From assembly GCA_965224195.1 (NCBI GenBank), contig OZ245040.1:672001-736000 (forward strand): a DNA stretch of 64,000 nt, in the 5' to 3' direction. Positions 52,672 through 63,493 of the stretch are shown in pieces. The translations under genes and the position numbers were made by a program. This DNA comes from Nitrosopumilus sp. GTDB lineage: Archaea; Thermoproteota; Nitrososphaeria; Nitrososphaerales; Nitrosopumilaceae. The notes beneath the pieces were generated by a model. That model was not told where the DNA came from and searched no databases. It saw nothing but the letters and a program-made list of their open reading frames with translations. Position 1 is the first letter of the stretch; each line of letters opens with the position of its first letter.

Positions 52672-53229
52672 TTACTTGTCTATGCCTTTTTTCTTTTCAA
52701 ATACATATACACCGTCAAGGAACACCCTATGGTCTTTGTTCTTTACTTTGGATTTTAATTCAATGTTAGCAGCTGTTTGTGTTATGTCTGTCCACACCTC
52801 ACCAGCAAGTATGACGTCTTCCCCTTTGGGAATTACTTTGGTGTTTCCAACCGTGTGTGCAATTCTTGGTGCTCGCTCTCCCTGAAAATTCTCAATTATG
52901 ATTTTCTTTCCCTCCACTTTAACTGTAATTGGAAAGTGAGAAAACACAATTTTCATTTTTATTGTGTATCCAGTAACTAGGCCTTCACAAATATTTCTGA
53001 TGATTGATCTTGCAGTGTGCAATATTGCATAATCTCTTTTTTTATGTTCAATTGTAGTCAGGAGAATTTTGCCTTTTGCAATTTCAATATTCACTGGAAT
53101 GCTTCTAAAGTTTTTGTGGGTTTTTCCTAATGGTCCGACAAAATGCAACATGTGTTTCTTTAGTGAGACAGTTACCCCTTCAGGGATTGCTATCTCGTCT
53201 TTGAATTCTTCAATTTGTTTAGTAGACAT
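52672..53229 (-). CDS. rpl6: 50S ribosomal protein uL6
   Basis: FSHFPITV, KDHRVFLDGVY. Confidence 0.95.
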   Translation of the reverse strand: MSTKQIEEFKDEIAIPEGVTVSLKKHMLHFVGPLGKTHKNFRSIPVNIEIAKGKILLTTIEHKKRDYAILHTARSIIRNICEGLVTGYTIKMKIVFSHFPITVKVEGKKIIIENFQGERAPRIAHTVGNTKVIPKGEDVILAGEVWTDITQTAANIELKSKVKNKDHRVFLDGVYVFEKKKGIDK

Positions 53230-53611
53230 AACCTATCAAAAATCCTCCAATTCCTTTTGTTAGTGCTTCATGATGGGACATTACTCCTTGGTTTGTTGTT
53301 ACCAAAAGCATTCCTCTGTCATATGCCGGCAAATATTGCTGCTCCCAACTGTTGTATTCGTCAGTTTTAACTTTGAATCTTGGGGAGATTGCACCACATT
53401 TTATAATTTTTGCCAATAGTTTAATTTTAAATTTTCCGCCTCTTTTGTCATCGATGTGTTCAAACTCTCCAATGTAGCCGTCTTTTTGAAGTGTTTTTAG
53501 AACTTCAATGCCTAGTTTTGATGTTGGAAGTATAACGCAATCGGTATTTCTTCTTGCTTCATTATTGTAAAGTGTGACAAATAGATTTGCTAAGATGTTT
53601 GTTGCCGGCAT
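53219..53611 (-). CDS. rps8: 30S ribosomal protein uS8
   Basis: GYIGEFEHIDDKRGG, CGAISPRF, TTNQGVMSH. Confidence 0.95.
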   Translation of the reverse strand: MPATNILANLFVTLYNNEARRNTDCVILPTSKLGIEVLKTLQKDGYIGEFEHIDDKRGGKFKIKLLAKIIKCGAISPRFKVKTDEYNSWEQQYLPAYDRGMLLVTTNQGVMSHHEALTKGIGGFLIGYVY

Positions 53612-53617
53612 GTTATA

Positions 53618-53797
53618 TCACTTGTTTTTCCTGAACCCTAAAGATGTTGCTACTTCTCTGAAGCATCGTCTACATAACATTAAATCATATTTTTGTATAA
53701 CTGCTGTATAGTCTCCGCATCTTTTACACCATCTGGAACCTCTTCCAAAGTCATGTTTTTTTCTTCCAGTTGCTTCGTATGATCTATCTTTTGGCAT
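53618..53797 (-). CDS. rps14: 30S ribosomal protein uS14 (59 aa, below ORF-track cutoff)
   Basis: FGRGSRWCKRCG...LCRRCFREVATSLGFRK. Confidence 0.93.
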   Translation of the reverse strand: MPKDRSYEATGRKKHDFGRGSRWCKRCGDYTAVIQKYDLMLCRRCFREVATSLGFRKNK

Positions 53798-54318
53798 TAT
53801 GTTATGGTCACTCCAAATTCTTTTGCTAGATAATCTTTTGCTTCTTGACTTTTGATGAGATGATTTTTTCCAACTCTTGCCTTGTGTTTACTTCGAGTTC
53901 TAATTCCATATCCGGGTCTAGCTAATGCAATTGAAATTCCTAATCCTAAAATTCCCAATTGTGGATCATATTTTACACCTGGAATGTCTATGTGTTCATT
54001 AATTCCAAATGAAAAGTTTCCAAAATTATCAAATGATTTACCGTTAACTGTATTGCCTTTGGCTTCAAGCAGCCTTTTCAACAACATTACTGCATCATCG
54101 CCGCGAACTGTCACTGCTACTCCTATTGGTTCTCCTTTTCTTACTCCCCAATCTCTGTATGCTGATTTTGCATTACGCGTAGAAGGTTTTTTTCCAGAAA
54201 TTTGCTGCAATGCAACTCCTGCAGTAGTAATTGCATCTCCTGATTTACCCAAGCCCATGTTTAGAACAACTTTCTCTAAAGAGATTTTCTTCATTGGGGA
54301 TTCTGCTGCTTGGGACAT
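53797..54318 (-). CDS. rpl5: 50S ribosomal protein uL5
   Basis: EKVVLNMG, FDNFGNFSFGINEHIDIPGVKYDP. Confidence 0.95.
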   Translation of the reverse strand: MSQAAESPMKKISLEKVVLNMGLGKSGDAITTAGVALQQISGKKPSTRNAKSAYRDWGVRKGEPIGVAVTVRGDDAVMLLKRLLEAKGNTVNGKSFDNFGNFSFGINEHIDIPGVKYDPQLGILGLGISIALARPGYGIRTRSKHKARVGKNHLIKSQEAKDYLAKEFGVTIT

Positions 54319-54322
54319 GAGA

Positions 54323-55039
54323 TCACTTTAATTGAATTATTGGCTCCTGTTTTCCAATTGGCATAATGATGTCTGCAGGAATTTCTATTTTTCTATCTTC
54401 TAATGAAAGGATGACTCTCTTTGGAAGACTGAATGTTCCCTCTTCAATAGTTTCAATTTTACCAATTTGACCTGCGTTGTTTCCTCTTGTGACGAGTCCT
54501 TGAGAACCTGCTTCTAATTTAACAACTTCAAGAATTTTTTGTTCTGGAACTTGAATTAAACATGCATCACCGACATTTACTTTGGTATCTGAAACAATTG
54601 AACGGCCATCATGGAATCCAATTTGTAATTTCCCTTTGTTAATTGTAGTTTTAGTTGTAACTCTAACTAACTTTTTAGATTTTTCTGATTCGTTAATTTT
54701 AATTGGTTTTAACAATTTGTCTTCTGTTGGAACTAGGCGATAAATATCTGAAACATTTGCTAGTTCTACAACATCCATTAATCCAATTGAATGGTGAAGT
54801 GATTTTCTAACAACACCGTCAATTTTTACATTTCCAGAATAAATTGAAGCCTTTGCTTCTCTTAGACTTGTAACGATGTTTAGCATATCTCTAAGAAAAA
54901 CTGCAGTTGGTATAGAGTAACTTTTTGCATGTGAACCTGGTTTTACAGTAATTACAAATCTCTTGTCTTTTCTGGTAATTCCCCAGAATTGTGGAGCCAT
55001 TTGACGTTTGAGTTTCTTACTACCTGCGATACTAACCAT
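54323..55039 (-). CDS. rps4e: 30S ribosomal protein eS4
   Basis: KLKRQMAPQFW, VKIDGVVRK, GLMDVV. Confidence 0.95.
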   Translation of the reverse strand: MVSIAGSKKLKRQMAPQFWGITRKDKRFVITVKPGSHAKSYSIPTAVFLRDMLNIVTSLREAKASIYSGNVKIDGVVRKSLHHSIGLMDVVELANVSDIYRLVPTEDKLLKPIKINESEKSKKLVRVTTKTTINKGKLQIGFHDGRSIVSDTKVNVGDACLIQVPEQKILEVVKLEAGSQGLVTRGNNAGQIGKIETIEEGTFSLPKRVILSLEDRKIEIPADIIMPIGKQEPIIQLK

Positions 55040-55506
55040 TAATTGCCATCTTCCTCTTTTTTGACTTTTTCTGCTCCTTTTGTTTCTTTAGGGGCCACTT
55101 TTACAGGCTCTGTTTCTGTTTCAATTTTTACTTTTTCTGTTTTTGGTTGTTTTCTAGGATCTTTTCCTTCAAGTTTTGCAATTCTCCATTTGTCTTCTGT
55201 ATTTAATGAAGTAACTACAAGATTAGATGTGTGAATGTAAACGTCAAATTTATCTCCTTTAGTTTTTTCTTTCTTTACTCCTTCAATTGCAACACTGCTT
55301 TTTTGTGTAGATATTTTTGCTATTTTACCGTCAACTCCTTTGAATTCCCCTCTTAGAATGGTAACGCCATCCCCTTCTACAACTCTTACGCTTCTTTTAC
55401 CGTATTTTTTATGAAGATCTTTAGAAAGTGCACTTCCAAGTTGTTTACTTTTAGTTTTGTAAGTTGCCTGATAAATCATCTGGTTGCGCATTTTAGTTGG
55501 TTTCAT
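55039..55506 (-). CDS. rpl24: 50S ribosomal protein uL24
   Basis: [32 protein letters not shown]. Confidence 0.93.
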   Translation of the reverse strand: MKPTKMRNQMIYQATYKTKSKQLGSALSKDLHKKYGKRSVRVVEGDGVTILRGEFKGVDGKIAKISTQKSSVAIEGVKKEKTKGDKFDVYIHTSNLVVTSLNTEDKWRIAKLEGKDPRKQPKTEKVKIETETEPVKVAPKETKGAEKVKKEEDGN

Positions 55507-55510
55507 TTTA

Positions 55511-55933
55511 TTATACCACCATTGATGCCAAGTTAGCTACCCTTGGCCATTTTTCTGTAGCTTCTGCTGCAACTGGTCCTTTGATGTCTGTTCCTTTAGT
55601 TTCTCCTTCTGGAGTGATAAGCACTGCTGCGTTATCTTCAAAACAAACTCTTACACCGTTTAATCTTCTAACTGCATATTTTTGTCTAATAATTACTGCG
55701 CCATACACTTGTTTTCTCAACTCTGCAGGTCCTTTCTTTACTACAACATTACAAAAATCGCCAACAGATGCTGATGCCAATCTAGATGATCTTGTTTTAT
55801 GTCTTGGAACATTGATTACCTCTAAAATTTTAGCGCCAGAATTATCTGCACATACAATATTTGCACCGACAGGAATTACTTTGGTAACATATGGCCTGAA
55901 TTCCTCTACTCCTTTGCCTGCTTGTTTTGCCAT
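55511..55933 (-). CDS. rpl14: 50S ribosomal protein uL14
   Basis: [21 protein letters not shown]. Confidence 0.96.
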   Translation of the reverse strand: MAKQAGKGVEEFRPYVTKVIPVGANIVCADNSGAKILEVINVPRHKTRSSRLASASVGDFCNVVVKKGPAELRKQVYGAVIIRQKYAVRRLNGVRVCFEDNAAVLITPEGETKGTDIKGPVAAEATEKWPRVANLASMVV

Positions 55934-56256
55934 TATGCTTTAACCTCCACAACAACATATGATACTGATTTTGAGATCGGTCTACATTCTGCAGTTAAAA
56001 CATGATCTCCTGCTTCAACATCTATGCAGCCTGGTACGTGTGCGTGAATTGTACTTGTACCTCTTGCATATCTCTTAAATTTACTAAAGTAAATTGGTGC
56101 ATCTTTTTGTAATGTAATGGTCTGTTTTGCTTTGGCTCCTGTTACTTTACCGTCAAAGAGTTTTCCTCTGATTGATAATCCGCCATGGAATGGACAATTT
56201 TTGTCTTCACATTCTCTAGTTGGTCCTTTAACTTTTAATCCGATATTTTGAGTCAT
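55933..56256 (-). CDS. rps17: 30S ribosomal protein uS17
   Basis: CEDKNCPFHG, ECRPISK. Confidence 0.95.
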   Translation of the reverse strand: MTQNIGLKVKGPTRECEDKNCPFHGGLSIRGKLFDGKVTGAKAKQTITLQKDAPIYFSKFKRYARGTSTIHAHVPGCIDVEAGDHVLTAECRPISKSVSYVVVEVKA

Positions 56257-56519
56257 GCTTTTCCTCCGATTCTATCAAATGGTCTTTTTGTAATTTTTAC
56301 ACCTTCAACTACCACATCCTTACCTTGAATGAAGAATTTCCAACTGCTGGTTGACTTTGCAATGGATTTTGAACCATTTTCTGTGTTTATTGTAAACATT
56401 GATTTTGTTTCATTGATAATTCTTCCATTTAATCCTATTACTTGTGGGTTGGTAGATTGAATGATCTCAGTATCTAATCCGATAAATTCATGCGATGTTA
56501 TGTTATCTGTAGTAATCAT
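56253..56519 (-). CDS. rnp1: RNase P protein subunit Rpp29
   Basis: HEFIGL, GRIINETK, RPFDR; canonical position between uL29 and uS17. Confidence 0.9.
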   Translation of the reverse strand: MITTDNITSHEFIGLDTEIIQSTNPQVIGLNGRIINETKSMFTINTENGSKSIAKSTSSWKFFIQGKDVVVEGVKITKRPFDRIGGKA

Positions 56520-56722
56520 CTCTCTTTCCTCATTTCAGTTAGTCTAGTGAGCATTCTTGCAATATCATGTCGTAATGGTTTTAGTTTTCCACTTTCTTTT
56601 CGTAATGTCCCTTTAGAGCCATCAATTCTAAGTTTAGCAAGTTCACTACGTGATTCTTGAATTTTGCTTTTAAGATCTTTTTCATTTAATTGTTTAATTG
56701 TCTTCATGGTGAGTCTGGTCAT
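56516..56722 (-). CDS. rpl29: 50S ribosomal protein uL29
   Basis: [10 protein letters not shown]; position. Confidence 0.92.
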   Translation of the reverse strand: MTRLTMKTIKQLNEKDLKSKIQESRSELAKLRIDGSKGTLRKESGKLKPLRHDIARMLTRLTEMRKER

Positions 56723-57537
56723 TTCAGTTTGGCCTCCTCTTCTTCTAATGTTTCAAGTGTTTCCATTTTCTTTGATTCAAGTGCAATTTTTTCAGATTCT
56801 GATTCTGCATCATCTTTTTTACCTTCTACTTTGACAACTTCTACTTTAGCACCTTCGACTTCTATTTCTTCAACTTTGATTTTTACATCTTTAGGTTTAT
56901 CGTCTTTAGATTTATCACCTTTAGATTGTCTTGATTTTGTTGCTTTTTCAGTTCTCATTTCAAATTCTGGAACGAGTTTTTCTTTTTTTGCAATTCTAAT
57001 CCTAACTCCAATTAATCCCATTGCTGTTTTTACGTGTGCAATGTCTTCATCTACTATGATTTCAGCATGATGCCCTGCTCTTGGTAAAATCCCTTGAGTG
57101 TGTTTTTCAAATGCTGAACGGTCCCCTCTGAGTTTTCCGGAAATTGTAATTTGAACGCCCATTGCGCCGCCTTCCATTATTTGCTTAAGTGTCCACATGG
57201 TTGCTCTTCTAAAGGCCGTTCCTCTTTCCAAGTGTGATGCCATTCTGTTACACATTACACTTGGTGCCAATTCTGGTTTTTCAATCTCAACAACTGAAAT
57301 TTGTGGGTTTTTTAATCCAAAGTCTGTTGCAAGTTTATCGGTAAGTGCTCTAATTCCTGAACCTTTTCTTCCAATTACAATTCCAGGTCTTGTCACATGT
57401 AATGCAACTCTGGTACCTACAGGAGTTTTTGATATTTCTGCATGGGAGAAACCTGCGTCTTTGATTGCTTCTCTAAGGTAGTCTTTGAGTAGCATCATGT
57501 TATAGTTGTCTTTAATTACATTTTTTACAGCTGACAT
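56719..57537 (-). CDS. rps3: 30S ribosomal protein uS3
   Basis: [17 protein letters not shown], acidic tail. Confidence 0.96.
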   Translation of the reverse strand: MSAVKNVIKDNYNMMLLKDYLREAIKDAGFSHAEISKTPVGTRVALHVTRPGIVIGRKGSGIRALTDKLATDFGLKNPQISVVEIEKPELAPSVMCNRMASHLERGTAFRRATMWTLKQIMEGGAMGVQITISGKLRGDRSAFEKHTQGILPRAGHHAEIIVDEDIAHVKTAMGLIGVRIRIAKKEKLVPEFEMRTEKATKSRQSKGDKSKDDKPKDVKIKVEEIEVEGAKVEVVKVEGKKDDAESESEKIALESKKMETLETLEEEEAKLK

Positions 57538-57539
57538 TT

Positions 57540-57998
57540 CTAAATCTCCTTTGCCACCAATTCTACATGTGTTAATACATTGTTCTTTGCAGTTGCTCTT
57601 CCCATTGCTCTTGGGGTGAATCTTTTTACAACAACTCCTTTGTGAACAGTTGCGTTTACAATTCTTAATCTATCTAAATCCATTCCTTTGTATTCTGCAT
57701 TTGATTCTAAATTATCTAAAACTTTGATGAATTCTTTTGCAGTTTTTTGTGGATAACGTCCTGACATTACTCCTGGATCTGGTCTATGTGCAACTTGATT
57801 TTTGTATCTTCCAAATGGAACTGCTCTTTTTTTGTTAATTACTGCAATAAGATAATCTCTTGCTTTTTCAATTGATAATCCTTTAATTGAAACTGCAACT
57901 TCACGTGCATGTTTGTGTGAAATGTCTTTTTCACGAAGTGAAGAACGTACATGTCTAGTTGGGTCATAATTTTGGAATGCGTAATTGAATCTACCCAT
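57540..57998 (-). CDS. rpl22: 50S ribosomal protein uL22
   Basis: [22 protein letters not shown]. Confidence 0.95.
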   Translation of the reverse strand: MGRFNYAFQNYDPTRHVRSSLREKDISHKHAREVAVSIKGLSIEKARDYLIAVINKKRAVPFGRYKNQVAHRPDPGVMSGRYPQKTAKEFIKVLDNLESNAEYKGMDLDRLRIVNATVHKGVVVKRFTPRAMGRATAKNNVLTHVELVAKEI

Positions 57999-58003
57999 AA
58001 TAA

Positions 58004-58399
58004 TCACTTTAATGGTACATAGAGGCTGGATCTTGATGCACCTACACCTGGGGCACCATGTGAAACCTTCTTGTTCGTTATTACATACTCTCCCAAATAA
58101 TGCCCAATCATTTCAGTTGCTATTACAACTGGTTGGAATTCTTTTCCGGAGAATGTGTTTACTGTAACGCCTACCATGTATGGCAGAACAATCAAATCTC
58201 TTACATGAGTTTTGATAGGGTTTTTTAATTTACCTGCTTTTGCAGATTTAATCTCTTCAATCAATTTTCTTTTTCCATCTGTAATCCCTCTAGTGAGTGA
58301 TCGTCTTTGTCTGGAATTAAATAATAAGAATAATTTTTCTAGTGACAAACTGTCTAGTTCCTCTTTTGGAATGCCTCTGTATAAAAATTCTTTAGCCAT
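58004..58399 (-). CDS. rps19: 30S ribosomal protein uS19
   Basis: KTHVRD, EMIGHYLGE, HGAPGVGASRSS. Confidence 0.96.
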   Translation of the reverse strand: MAKEFLYRGIPKEELDSLSLEKLFLLFNSRQRRSLTRGITDGKRKLIEEIKSAKAGKLKNPIKTHVRDLIVLPYMVGVTVNTFSGKEFQPVVIATEMIGHYLGEYVITNKKVSHGAPGVGASRSSLYVPLK

Positions 58400-58440
58400 C
58401 TCTATTCTCCTCTGTTAGTGTTCGAGTTCTATGGTCCATA

Positions 58441-58707
58441 TTATAGCATTCCTATCTTTGTTGCCAAATCTCTGGCTTTTTCGGTATTTTCAAACTGAAC
58501 AAATGCTTTTTTGCCGTAAATTGTTCTTGCAGTATTTACTTTTTTGACATTTTGATTGTACAGTGTCTTCACTGCTTCTGAAATTTCTGATTTATTTGCG
58601 GATATCTCTACTATGAAACAAATTTTACTTTCATTCTCTACCATTGCAAAAGTTTTTTCCGTAATGTGCGGCTTGATGATAATTTTCATTGCTTGATCTA
58701 CATTCAT
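58441..58707 (-). CDS. rpl23: 50S ribosomal protein uL23
   Basis: PHITEK, VKKVNT, GKKAFV. Confidence 0.95.
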   Translation of the reverse strand: MNVDQAMKIIIKPHITEKTFAMVENESKICFIVEISANKSEISEAVKTLYNQNVKKVNTARTIYGKKAFVQFENTEKARDLATKIGML

Positions 58708-59516
58708 TGTATTTTCACCATTACTTTGAGATGTGTTGATTTTATTTTTCCAATTTCTTCTATTGCGGATTTGGAATATACTGTTAATCTAATTGGATCA
58801 GAACCTGGGGCTAAATCTAATACGCTCAGGTCTTTGACATTTCTTACTTCTACGCCTGGCAATGCACCTGTTGCTTGTGAAAGATTAGTTGAATTAAAAG
58901 TTACAAACAAAACACTCTTGCCTACTTTCTTGGTTCTGCCTCTAAGTCTTGATTGTCCAGAACGTGGTTTTCTTGCGTCTAATCTTTCAACGTCTTGTGA
59001 TAATTTTAAGGCGTCTAAGACTTTGGTAATTTCACTTGTTTTAGAGATAGATTCAATGTCATCTGACACTATAATTGGGAATGATTCTATTCCTTTCACT
59101 TTGTGACCTCTTAATTCCACAAGATCTTTTGATGCCGTTGCTGCAATTGCAGAACATAATGCTAGTTTGTTCTCTTTTTTGTTTAATTTTTTGTAAATTA
59201 CCTTCTCAACAATTGGTGGATGTGCTTGTCTTCCACCTCTAGTAGATGCGACTTCAGCTCCTTGACCTTGTCTTCCGCCGCCCCCACCTTGCATTCTTGC
59301 AACACGAGATACGCCTTGACCTGTTGGAGGATCATTAGAATCTGCAACTACGTCCATGCCTGCCATTGGTTTTCTTCCTTGTCTTTGGAATTTGTGAGAT
59401 GTTAAATTAGTAACAGCTTTGTGAATTAGGTCTCTTCTAAATGGAGTTGAGAATATTATTGGTAATTCAATTTCTGCATCTTTAGTTCCTGTTGTTGTGT
59501 AAGTTGATGTTTTCAT
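58704..59516 (-). CDS. rpl4: 50S ribosomal protein uL4
   Basis: RGGRQAHPP, KLNKKE, LDLAPG. Confidence 0.95.
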   Translation of the reverse strand: MKTSTYTTTGTKDAEIELPIIFSTPFRRDLIHKAVTNLTSHKFQRQGRKPMAGMDVVADSNDPPTGQGVSRVARMQGGGGGRQGQGAEVASTRGGRQAHPPIVEKVIYKKLNKKENKLALCSAIAATASKDLVELRGHKVKGIESFPIIVSDDIESISKTSEITKVLDALKLSQDVERLDARKPRSGQSRLRGRTKKVGKSVLFVTFNSTNLSQATGALPGVEVRNVKDLSVLDLAPGSDPIRLTVYSKSAIEEIGKIKSTHLKVMVKIQ

Positions 59517-60511
59517 TATACTACAACCTCCAAGATGTTTGGTTTATTGACTTTAACTGGTGCATTTCTAATTTGACTTCTTAGTTTGATTAATCTCTTG
59601 TATGTTCCTGGAACTGAACCTTTTAGAATGATGAAATCCCCTTTAACTAAACCAAAGTGTTTGTATCCACCATCTGGATTAATTTTTATTTCATCTGATT
59701 CGGTATTTCCCATAATCATAATTCGTTTATCATATTCTACTCTTTGATGGAATCCTGTCTGTCCTGATCTTGGAACTGTATACATGACACTTTGTGGTGA
59801 AATAGGGCCTAATGAACCAACTTCTCTAACAGTCTTTCTTGATTTGTGTTGTTTCTTTTTTACACCCCATCTTCTCATTGTACCTTGCCATCCATGACCT
59901 TTAGTAATTGCTGCAACATCTACAGTTGAACCTGTTTCAAAAATTTGATCAATTTTAATTTCTTTACCTAAATGTTCTTTGACATGTGCAAATTGTTTTG
60001 CAATGTCTCCTCCACTAACCATTGATTCAAAAACATATGGTTTTTTCATTTCTAATCCTGCTGCCCTTGGTGAAACTGCAACAATTGCGTAAATTTCTTT
60101 AATTTTTCTTAATCTTGATTCTGCATTTTCCATTGATCCTGCAATATTTTTAATTGTAATTTCTTTGGCAATATTTTTTGGAATGTCTTCTGCATACACA
60201 TCAAATTCTGCATGCTTGCCATCATGATCTTTTGAATATCCTCTAATTCCCAAAATCAATACTGGTGGAGTTACTAGCACTGTTCCTAAACTTACTAGTT
60301 GTTTTCCTGCGTTTGGAACTTTATCACGATCATCAATACTGACAATTTGAACACAGCCTGCTTTGAAACCACAATGTGCTAAAAATTTTGGCTCTTCAGT
60401 AGATGATCTTACTGGCCAAGCTCTAATTCTTGCCTCCATTGTCTTTGCACGTACTCTACGTGAGTATGCAAGACTCCCTCTACGTGGTTGATGTCTTTTT
60501 CGAGCTCCCAT
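59516..60511 (-). CDS. rpl3: 50S ribosomal protein uL3
   Basis: PRRGSL, GFKAG, TKGHGWQG, KGSVPG. Confidence 0.96.
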   Translation of the reverse strand: MGARKRHQPRRGSLAYSRRVRAKTMEARIRAWPVRSSTEEPKFLAHCGFKAGCVQIVSIDDRDKVPNAGKQLVSLGTVLVTPPVLILGIRGYSKDHDGKHAEFDVYAEDIPKNIAKEITIKNIAGSMENAESRLRKIKEIYAIVAVSPRAAGLEMKKPYVFESMVSGGDIAKQFAHVKEHLGKEIKIDQIFETGSTVDVAAITKGHGWQGTMRRWGVKKKQHKSRKTVREVGSLGPISPQSVMYTVPRSGQTGFHQRVEYDKRIMIMGNTESDEIKINPDGGYKHFGLVKGDFIILKGSVPGTYKRLIKLRSQIRNAPVKVNKPNILEVVV

Positions 60512-60604
60512 GACTAAATCGCATCATCGATTTCCCTCTATTAAACCATGTGAGGTATCGTTAACCATTAAAAAAATCTAGGTTAACCAACTATGCCTAA
60601 TTTG

Positions 60605-60715
60605 TTATGGTGAAAATAATTCTGAGACGGAATTCCAAATTGTATATCCTCCAATTATGATTCCAAAAATGCCTAAACCAATTGCAAGCAGCAAAAAATT
60701 TTTTCTTTCAGGCAT
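60605..60715 (-). CDS. Putative 36-aa single-TM peptide
   Basis: MPERKNFLLLAIGLGIFGIIIGGYTIWNSVSELFSP, 7 bp after the upstream stop. Confidence 0.5.
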   Translation of the reverse strand: MPERKNFLLLAIGLGIFGIIIGGYTIWNSVSELFSP

Positions 60716-60722
60716 TTTCTGA

Positions 60723-61532
60723 TTAGTTATTGGCGTTAATTATTGCCAACGTTCCTAGTAGTGCTTCTTCTAGACGTACAGTTTCAGTTGCTTGGTTTGG
60801 GAAAAAGTTTATTGATTTTGCATTTTGAACTTTATTCATTCTTCCTCCAATTATCTCGTGAACTCCTTTTTCAGGTGATCCAAAGACAACCAGGGTATGT
60901 CCGTCTGATTTTGTATATTTTGATAATTGTTCATTTGATACTGGTTTACCTTTTCTTGATGTTATGATGATGTTTCCTTTCCATTCTGATAGTATGGAAA
61001 ACAAATTTGCTCTTTCTTTTACTGAATATCCCCAATATTCTGGAACTTCACTTTTATCAATATCCTTGATTGATAGTTTAGGGTATCCTTCTTTGAATTT
61101 TACAGTTAATCTTTTCCCATTTGTAACATTGTTGCCATAATATCGAATTAATTGGTTAATTCCAACATCTACAAATTTTTCTCCCTTTGAACTTACTACT
61201 ATTCCTTCTCTAATGTCTCCTGCTTTAATTTTTTTAGAATTTACTGGTGTAACATGACTCGGAATTTTTAATGGTTGTAAAACTCCTGCAAATTTTAAAT
61301 CATTCATTTTTGGAAATAATCTTCTTCTCAAAAATTGAGGTGTTTCTAAATATCTTAGAATCATTATCATTAACCCTGGGTCTGTTTTTTTATTTCCTTC
61401 TTGATAGATGTAGATTGTATCAATTTTAAAAATTGCACAAGCTCTTGCTAGAATAGAAATTTTTCTAGTTTTGTCAATTTTGAGGGACTCATCTGATAAT
61501 GCAGACTCGGGAATCGCAACAGATAATTTCAA
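60723..61532 (-). CDS. SPOUT-class putative RNA methyltransferase (MTH1/C9orf114 family)
   Basis: ARACAIF, YLETPQFLRR, VFGSPEKG, PNQATETVRLEEA. Confidence 0.88.
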   Translation of the reverse strand: MKLSVAIPESALSDESLKIDKTRKISILARACAIFKIDTIYIYQEGNKKTDPGLMIMILRYLETPQFLRRRLFPKMNDLKFAGVLQPLKIPSHVTPVNSKKIKAGDIREGIVVSSKGEKFVDVGINQLIRYYGNNVTNGKRLTVKFKEGYPKLSIKDIDKSEVPEYWGYSVKERANLFSILSEWKGNIIITSRKGKPVSNEQLSKYTKSDGHTLVVFGSPEKGVHEIIGGRMNKVQNAKSINFFPNQATETVRLEEALLGTLAIINANN

Positions 61533-61563
61533 TGTAATTTAATCTCGCAGGCTCTTAAAATAA

Positions 61564-62301
61564 TTATTTTTGTTCGTGTGGGTATTTTGTTTTAGCATCG
61601 GTTGCATATTTTGTAATTTGCTCATCTGATACTAATTCATACAATCCTGTTTCTTTTTTGATAACTGCCATTCTGATGTGACTTGTTCCTTTTTTATCTT
61701 CACTTGAAAGGTAAATTCCTGCAGAAGCTAATGTTGCAGCATCATTAAGTGATAGATCTTCTTTGTATGTTTTCTCTAAAAAGTCAGTTACTTGATCAGA
61801 ACCAGAACCAATTGCTATTGCATCATAAGAAATGAATGTTCCACTAGGATCTGTTAGATACAATTGCGGTGTGTTGTTTACAACCCCGCCAAGAATTAGT
61901 GCAACACCGTATGGTCTAACACCTGCGTATTGAGTATATTGTTGACATTGATCAGCTAAATGTTTAGCAATTGTTTCAACTTCAACTGGTTCATCATAAA
62001 TCATCTTGTTACTTTGTGAAAAGAATCTTGCATTGTCTACTTGACTTCTAGCATCTGGAATATATCCTGCTGCTGCAACTCCTACATGATCATCAATTTG
62101 AAAAATCTTTTGAGCTGTTTCTGAAATTTGTAATTTTCTTAGTTTTTCCTCTACTGCAATAACAATACCTTCTTTGCATTTTACGCCAACAGCAATTGTT
62201 CCTCTTCTTACAGTTTCAATAGCATATTCGACTTGGTATAGTCTGCCATCTGGTGAGAATACTGTAATTGCTCTATCGTAACCTTGTTGTGCAGGAAGCA
62301 T
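61564..62301 (-). CDS. psmA: Proteasome alpha subunit (second paralog)
   Basis: GYDRAITVFSPDGRLYQVEYA. Confidence 0.95.
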   Translation of the reverse strand: MLPAQQGYDRAITVFSPDGRLYQVEYAIETVRRGTIAVGVKCKEGIVIAVEEKLRKLQISETAQKIFQIDDHVGVAAAGYIPDARSQVDNARFFSQSNKMIYDEPVEVETIAKHLADQCQQYTQYAGVRPYGVALILGGVVNNTPQLYLTDPSGTFISYDAIAIGSGSDQVTDFLEKTYKEDLSLNDAATLASAGIYLSSEDKKGTSHIRMAVIKKETGLYELVSDEQITKYATDAKTKYPHEQK

Positions 62302-62435
62302 TTGATTGCAATGCTTTGATTATACAATTTAAACCATGCCCATAATTGAAAGTGATTTCTATGTTGATCGGAGCCTATATGTTTTGAAATATAATCAATC
62401 AAACGTTAATTTGAAACTGAATTTATGATGGATTT

Positions 62436-62852
62436 ATGAAATTTGAAATTGAATTTACAGGGCATGAAAATATTCGCTCTAATCATCAAAAAACGATAGA
62501 AATTACTAAGGAATCCAATTTGACTCCTCAAGGAGATTGTATTGTTGGTGTGAATGCAAAATCTAGCTGTGCTGATTTATCTGAAGAATTAAAAAACAAA
62601 CTCAAAAATTTCGAGTCTAAAGTAACTTTTTCAATCAAAGTAGGTAATGAAGAGTTTGTAATTAAGGGGAGGGGACACCCTGATCTTATTCTAACTCATA
62701 CTGAGAATATTGTTATAAGAAAAAGTGATTTTATCTGTCCCCGAACTCTTGCTGTAAAATGTGACAAGGCATCTGATTTGTTACCTCGTAGTATGGTTAC
62801 ACAGTTACAAGATCCAAAAACTACTGGAGTATTTACTATCACTGTTGAGTGA
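62436..62852 (+). CDS. DUF371 family protein
   Basis: GHENIRSNHQKTIEITKE, GDCIVGV, VIRKSDF. Confidence 0.88.
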   Translation: MKFEIEFTGHENIRSNHQKTIEITKESNLTPQGDCIVGVNAKSSCADLSEELKNKLKNFESKVTFSIKVGNEEFVIKGRGHPDLILTHTENIVIRKSDFICPRTLAVKCDKASDLLPRSMVTQLQDPKTTGVFTITVE

Positions 62853-63097
62853 TACTGTCACAATTTTATAGTTAATACATTGAAAGTTGTCATGGGTCGT
62901 AAAACTAATTTCTTCCTTCTAGTTCCATTAGCTACTTTTGCTGCAATCATTATTGGATTTGGAATGTATATGACGATCTGCAAAAATTCAAACATTCCTA
63001 TTAGTTGCTAAAATCAAATTACCATAGTCATAAAAATCCTAAATTTTACTGATGATTTGTTAGTCCTAACTGTATACAAAAAATCTACTTCTTTTTT

Positions 63098-63493
63098 ATG
63101 GTTGGCTGGGGGTTGATTGTTCTTGCAACTATGCTGTCTTTAGGTTCTGCACATTTTGTGTATGCTGAAACTGTAACTGATAAACAAGCCACCTTGTCAG
63201 GTGATCTAGAAAATAACCCTGTCGCACAAGATATTTTAGAAAAAATTGAAAAAAGTAAACGTTGGATTGAAAAATTACAACAGAGAAATTTTGAAGCTAC
63301 ACAAAAACAAAAAGAACTAGAGGCTAAAAGAGTAGAAGTATTACGCTATCTTGAAAATGATTTAAAAAAATGGGAAGAATTGTGGGGTGCTTATACATTT
63401 GATAATTTGTTGGAGAAGGTATTAGAAAATAGCCCTGCAAAAGATACTGATTCTATCAACTCATCCCAATACTCTCCAGTACATCATGATTGA
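63098..63493 (+). pseudogene. Secreted coiled-coil hypothetical protein, 3'-truncated by IS
   Basis: Signal peptide, LENNPVAQDILEKIE; last about 12 codons lie in the IS end. Confidence 0.6.

Noticed and set aside
58399-58441. No uL2 gene between uL23 and uS19; cluster ends after uL6
   Set aside because: Split ribosomal clusters are expected in this lineage and there is no sign of a local lesion
8115-62301. Two proteasome alpha genes
   Set aside because: Divergent paralogs normal for Nitrosopumilaceae, not a recent duplication
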